A DNA stretch of 64,000 nt from Macrostomum lignano (Eukaryota): positions 310,001-374,000 of the forward strand of contig NIVC01000163.1 of the NCBI GenBank assembly GCA_002269645.1. Direction: 5' to 3'. The position numbers and the translations under genes were made by a program. Of the stretch, positions 61,086-64,000 are shown in pieces (position 1 is the first letter of the stretch; the number at the start of each line of letters is the position of its first letter). The notes beneath the pieces were generated by a model. That model was not told the DNA's origin. It worked only from the letters and a program-made list of their open reading frames with translations, and made no database searches.

Positions 61086-62589
61086 GCAAGCTGTTTTTTT
61101 ATAAGCGATATTTTGTATATTTTTAAGACAAACCAAAATTGAATGATCTAATAAAAATTGTAGCTTCTGCTATCTTTGTTTGATCGCCTCTTATGAAATT
61201 TGCTTTGCTGTTATTTAGCCTGACAATTAATTTTTTTGTGTTATTTAATTGTAAATTATGCTCCCACTGCCCACCTTGCAACCGTTAAATAGAATTTATT
61301 TGCTTATTTATTTGTCTCTTCATATTATCGCGCCTAAAGCATTCATGCACTAAACACACAAACCTGCGTGCAGTTAGTATCTGGCCCAATATTATTCGAT
61401 CGCCCGAATTTAAATGTGTTTGCTCACAAAATTTGAGTTCAATTTTCAAAAAGCTCGATTGATCAGTAATTACCGACTGACTTACCACTGTGATGCAATT
61501 TTCGTACTTTTTTATTTTGTTAAAATTGCTGCAATTTGAAAGACAACAAACCTTTCCCAAAAACTGCTAGGATATTGCAGTCAGTATTTGGCATTCTGTT
61601 GTACACCAAACTCCCAAAGTCGAATATGAACACAATGTGTGTTTTTATTCGCTTCAGTTTGTTGCATAAAACATATTTCTATGCTCTGCTAGAAGTTGAA
61701 TCAAAATTGTCTTTACTTCTTTGTTATTTAAAAATCTGTCTGTTAAAACTGTCCAGTTCTGTGTATATAAATTATTTACTTGCATTTTCCAATTTAATTA
61801 TGCCTCTATCATAATTGTGTAATCATAATAAAGTTTCCTGTCCGTCTTCTTACGTTTTTTAAATATTTAAATAAAGTTGTTTCAACAATTTCGATCAAGC
61901 TGCAATCCTTTGTGTTCTTTTTCCCTACTGTTCCAGTTCGGTTCCGTACTAATTGGTTAGCTTATCAGGTTGTGTTACAGGTAAGTTCTTGCGCTCATTC
62001 TGTGCAAATCAAGCATTAGCAAGAGGCAAGCAACATACCAGTATAGCTCTGTGACATTTACTCAACAAATCAGTCACTGAAATGAGCGCAAAAACTTTAA
62101 ACCTGATAAGTGATAACAGATGACATGTGTAAACTATCAATATAATCGATTTGTTTAATAGTTTTTTCTCCCAGTTTTCTACCCTATCGTTACTGCTTCT
62201 GACACTTGGACAAGTTTATAGTTCGGTAGCATATCTATATACATTGCTACCTGTTAAATTAAAACTGTTATTCTTATTTGATGCGAAAGAATCTCAATCT
62301 GCCTTTTTATAATTAGTTATTATTATGTACTCTGTTTGTTTGTCAGACGCTAGGGCACAAATTTGACTATAAACTGTTTCTAAGTTTGGATTAAAATTTG
62401 TAAAAGGAAGCCTACATACTTTTAGCAAATAAATTTCCACCAAATTTATTACTAGACACTTGTTCTGTCTGGTTCTGTTTCCTAATATATCGGCAGATAT
62501 TGTGCCTGTTTATATCTTCTGGGCTTGCTGTGGTATGTTCATTTTCTGTTAGAATTGTTTGACAGTTCGCCATCAATTTTCACTGCACT

Positions 62590-63470
62590 GCATGACCCCA
62601 TATAGCACCCACTGACCCCATTTAGCACCCACTGACTCCATCTAGCACCCCTGACCCCCATCTAGCACCCCTGACCCCATCTAGCACCCCCTGACCCTAT
62701 CTAGCACCCGTGACCCTATCTAGCATCCCTGACCCTATCTAGCACCCACTGACCCTATCTAGCACCCCCTGACCCAATCTAGCACCCCTGACCCCATCTA
62801 GCACCCCTGACCCCATCTAGCACCCCTGACCCCATCTAGCATCCCTGACCCTATCTAGCACCCACTGACCCTATCTAGCATCCCTGACCCTATCTAGCAC
62901 CCACTGACCCTATCTAGCACCCCCTGACCCAATCTAGCACCCCTGACCCCATCTAGCACCCCTGACCCCATCTAGCACCCCTGACCCCATCTAGCATCCC
63001 TGACCCCATCTAGCACCCCTGACCCTATCTAGCACCCACTGACCCTATCTAGCATCCCTGACCCTATCTAGCACCCACTGACCCTATCTAGCACCCCCTG
63101 ACCCAATCTAGCACCCCTGACCCCATCTAGCACCCCTGACCCCATCTAGCACCCCTGACCCAATCTAGCACCCCTGACCCTATCTAGCACCCCCTGACCC
63201 AATCTAGCACCCCTGACCCCATCTAGCATCCCTGACCCCATCTAGCACCCCTGACCCTATCTAGCACCCACTGACCCTATCTAGCATCCCTGACCCTATC
63301 TAGCACCCACTGACCCTATCTAGCACCCCCTGACCCAATCTAGCACCCCTGACCCCATCTAGCACCCCTGACCCCATCTAGCACCCCTGACCCCATCTAG
63401 CACCCCTGACCCTATCTAGCACCCCCTGACCCAATCTAGCACCCCTGACCCCATCTAGCACCCCTGATCC
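62590..63470. repeat. 18-19-bp minisatellite (CCCTGACCCYATCTAGCAC)
   Basis: Tandem copies with recurring variant blocks. Confidence 0.92.
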
Positions 63471-64000
63471 TATTTATAGCGGCAGCTCTTATTCCAGCAC
63501 CCAAATTAAGTATGTACAATGTAAGCAAATGTGTTTAACAAAGAAAACTGCGGGCAAAGATAGCAATTTTTCAATAATATGATTTTAGGCTGTACACCAA
63601 GCGGGCACTGTGTGCTATATACTTTTTGTGCTATAAGTTTATTTATTAGCCATGAATGTCATTACTATTACTATTAAATTTAATAAAATTTCTTTTTTCA
63701 AACCTCTGTCGTTCACCATGCATATGCAATGCTATAGTTAGACAGGAAGTGCATTAATAAATATTATTGTTATACACATCAACAACACAGAACACATTAT
63801 ATGTATCTTGCTTGACTGAGTACAGTATTATGTTTTATACATTATAAATATCTGTAGGAAACCAAAGAGTATCATTATTAATATACAATAACTACAGCAG
63901 TGCTGAGACTACCCTTGCGGTAACAAGCAACGAGAGAAGCATCACAGCTGCGGATATTCAAATTATTCGTTAAATTACAAATACATGCAGAGTATTGCTG

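Noticed and set aside
61937-61980. 44-nt exon-like segment (TTCCAG...ACAG|GTAAGT)
   Set aside because: The splice signals are good, but it cannot be linked to a gene or reading frame within the window.

Overview
Repeat-rich animal genomic DNA with GT-AG introns and no prokaryotic features. The density of locus-specific minisatellites is reminiscent of a Macrostomum-type flatworm, but that is an unverified impression. Five host genes are supported: a 7-exon DEG/ENaC channel (+, 951-7932), an intronless orphan 4-TM protein (+, 9543-10199), a 3-exon full-length ABCA5-like transporter (+, 14917-20385), a 10-exon ethanolamine-phosphate cytidylyltransferase PCYT2 (-, 24973-32035) and a 951-aa disordered nuclear-type protein (+, 57524-60379). 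Between 33 and 55 kb lies a transposon pile-up: a MITE, a deleted Merlin element, a dead mariner, and a three-level nest. The nest is an EnSpm/CACTA-like element (34392-50098, TA TSD) containing a non-autonomous TIR element (34721-46151, 8-bp TSD), which contains a very young Gypsy LTR retrotransposon (36966-45957, ATTA TSD). The most notable observations are a duplicated tRNA-Leu PBS plus LTR end, Gypsy pol frameshifts that all look like 1-nt deletions (mostly in short homopolymers), a BEN-like ORF in the EnSpm element, CpG-decay signatures, and minisatellites that have amplified functional signals (a splice donor and a Pol III A-box). Exon structures were assembled by hand from reading frame, splice phase and remembered family motifs; no database searches were run.
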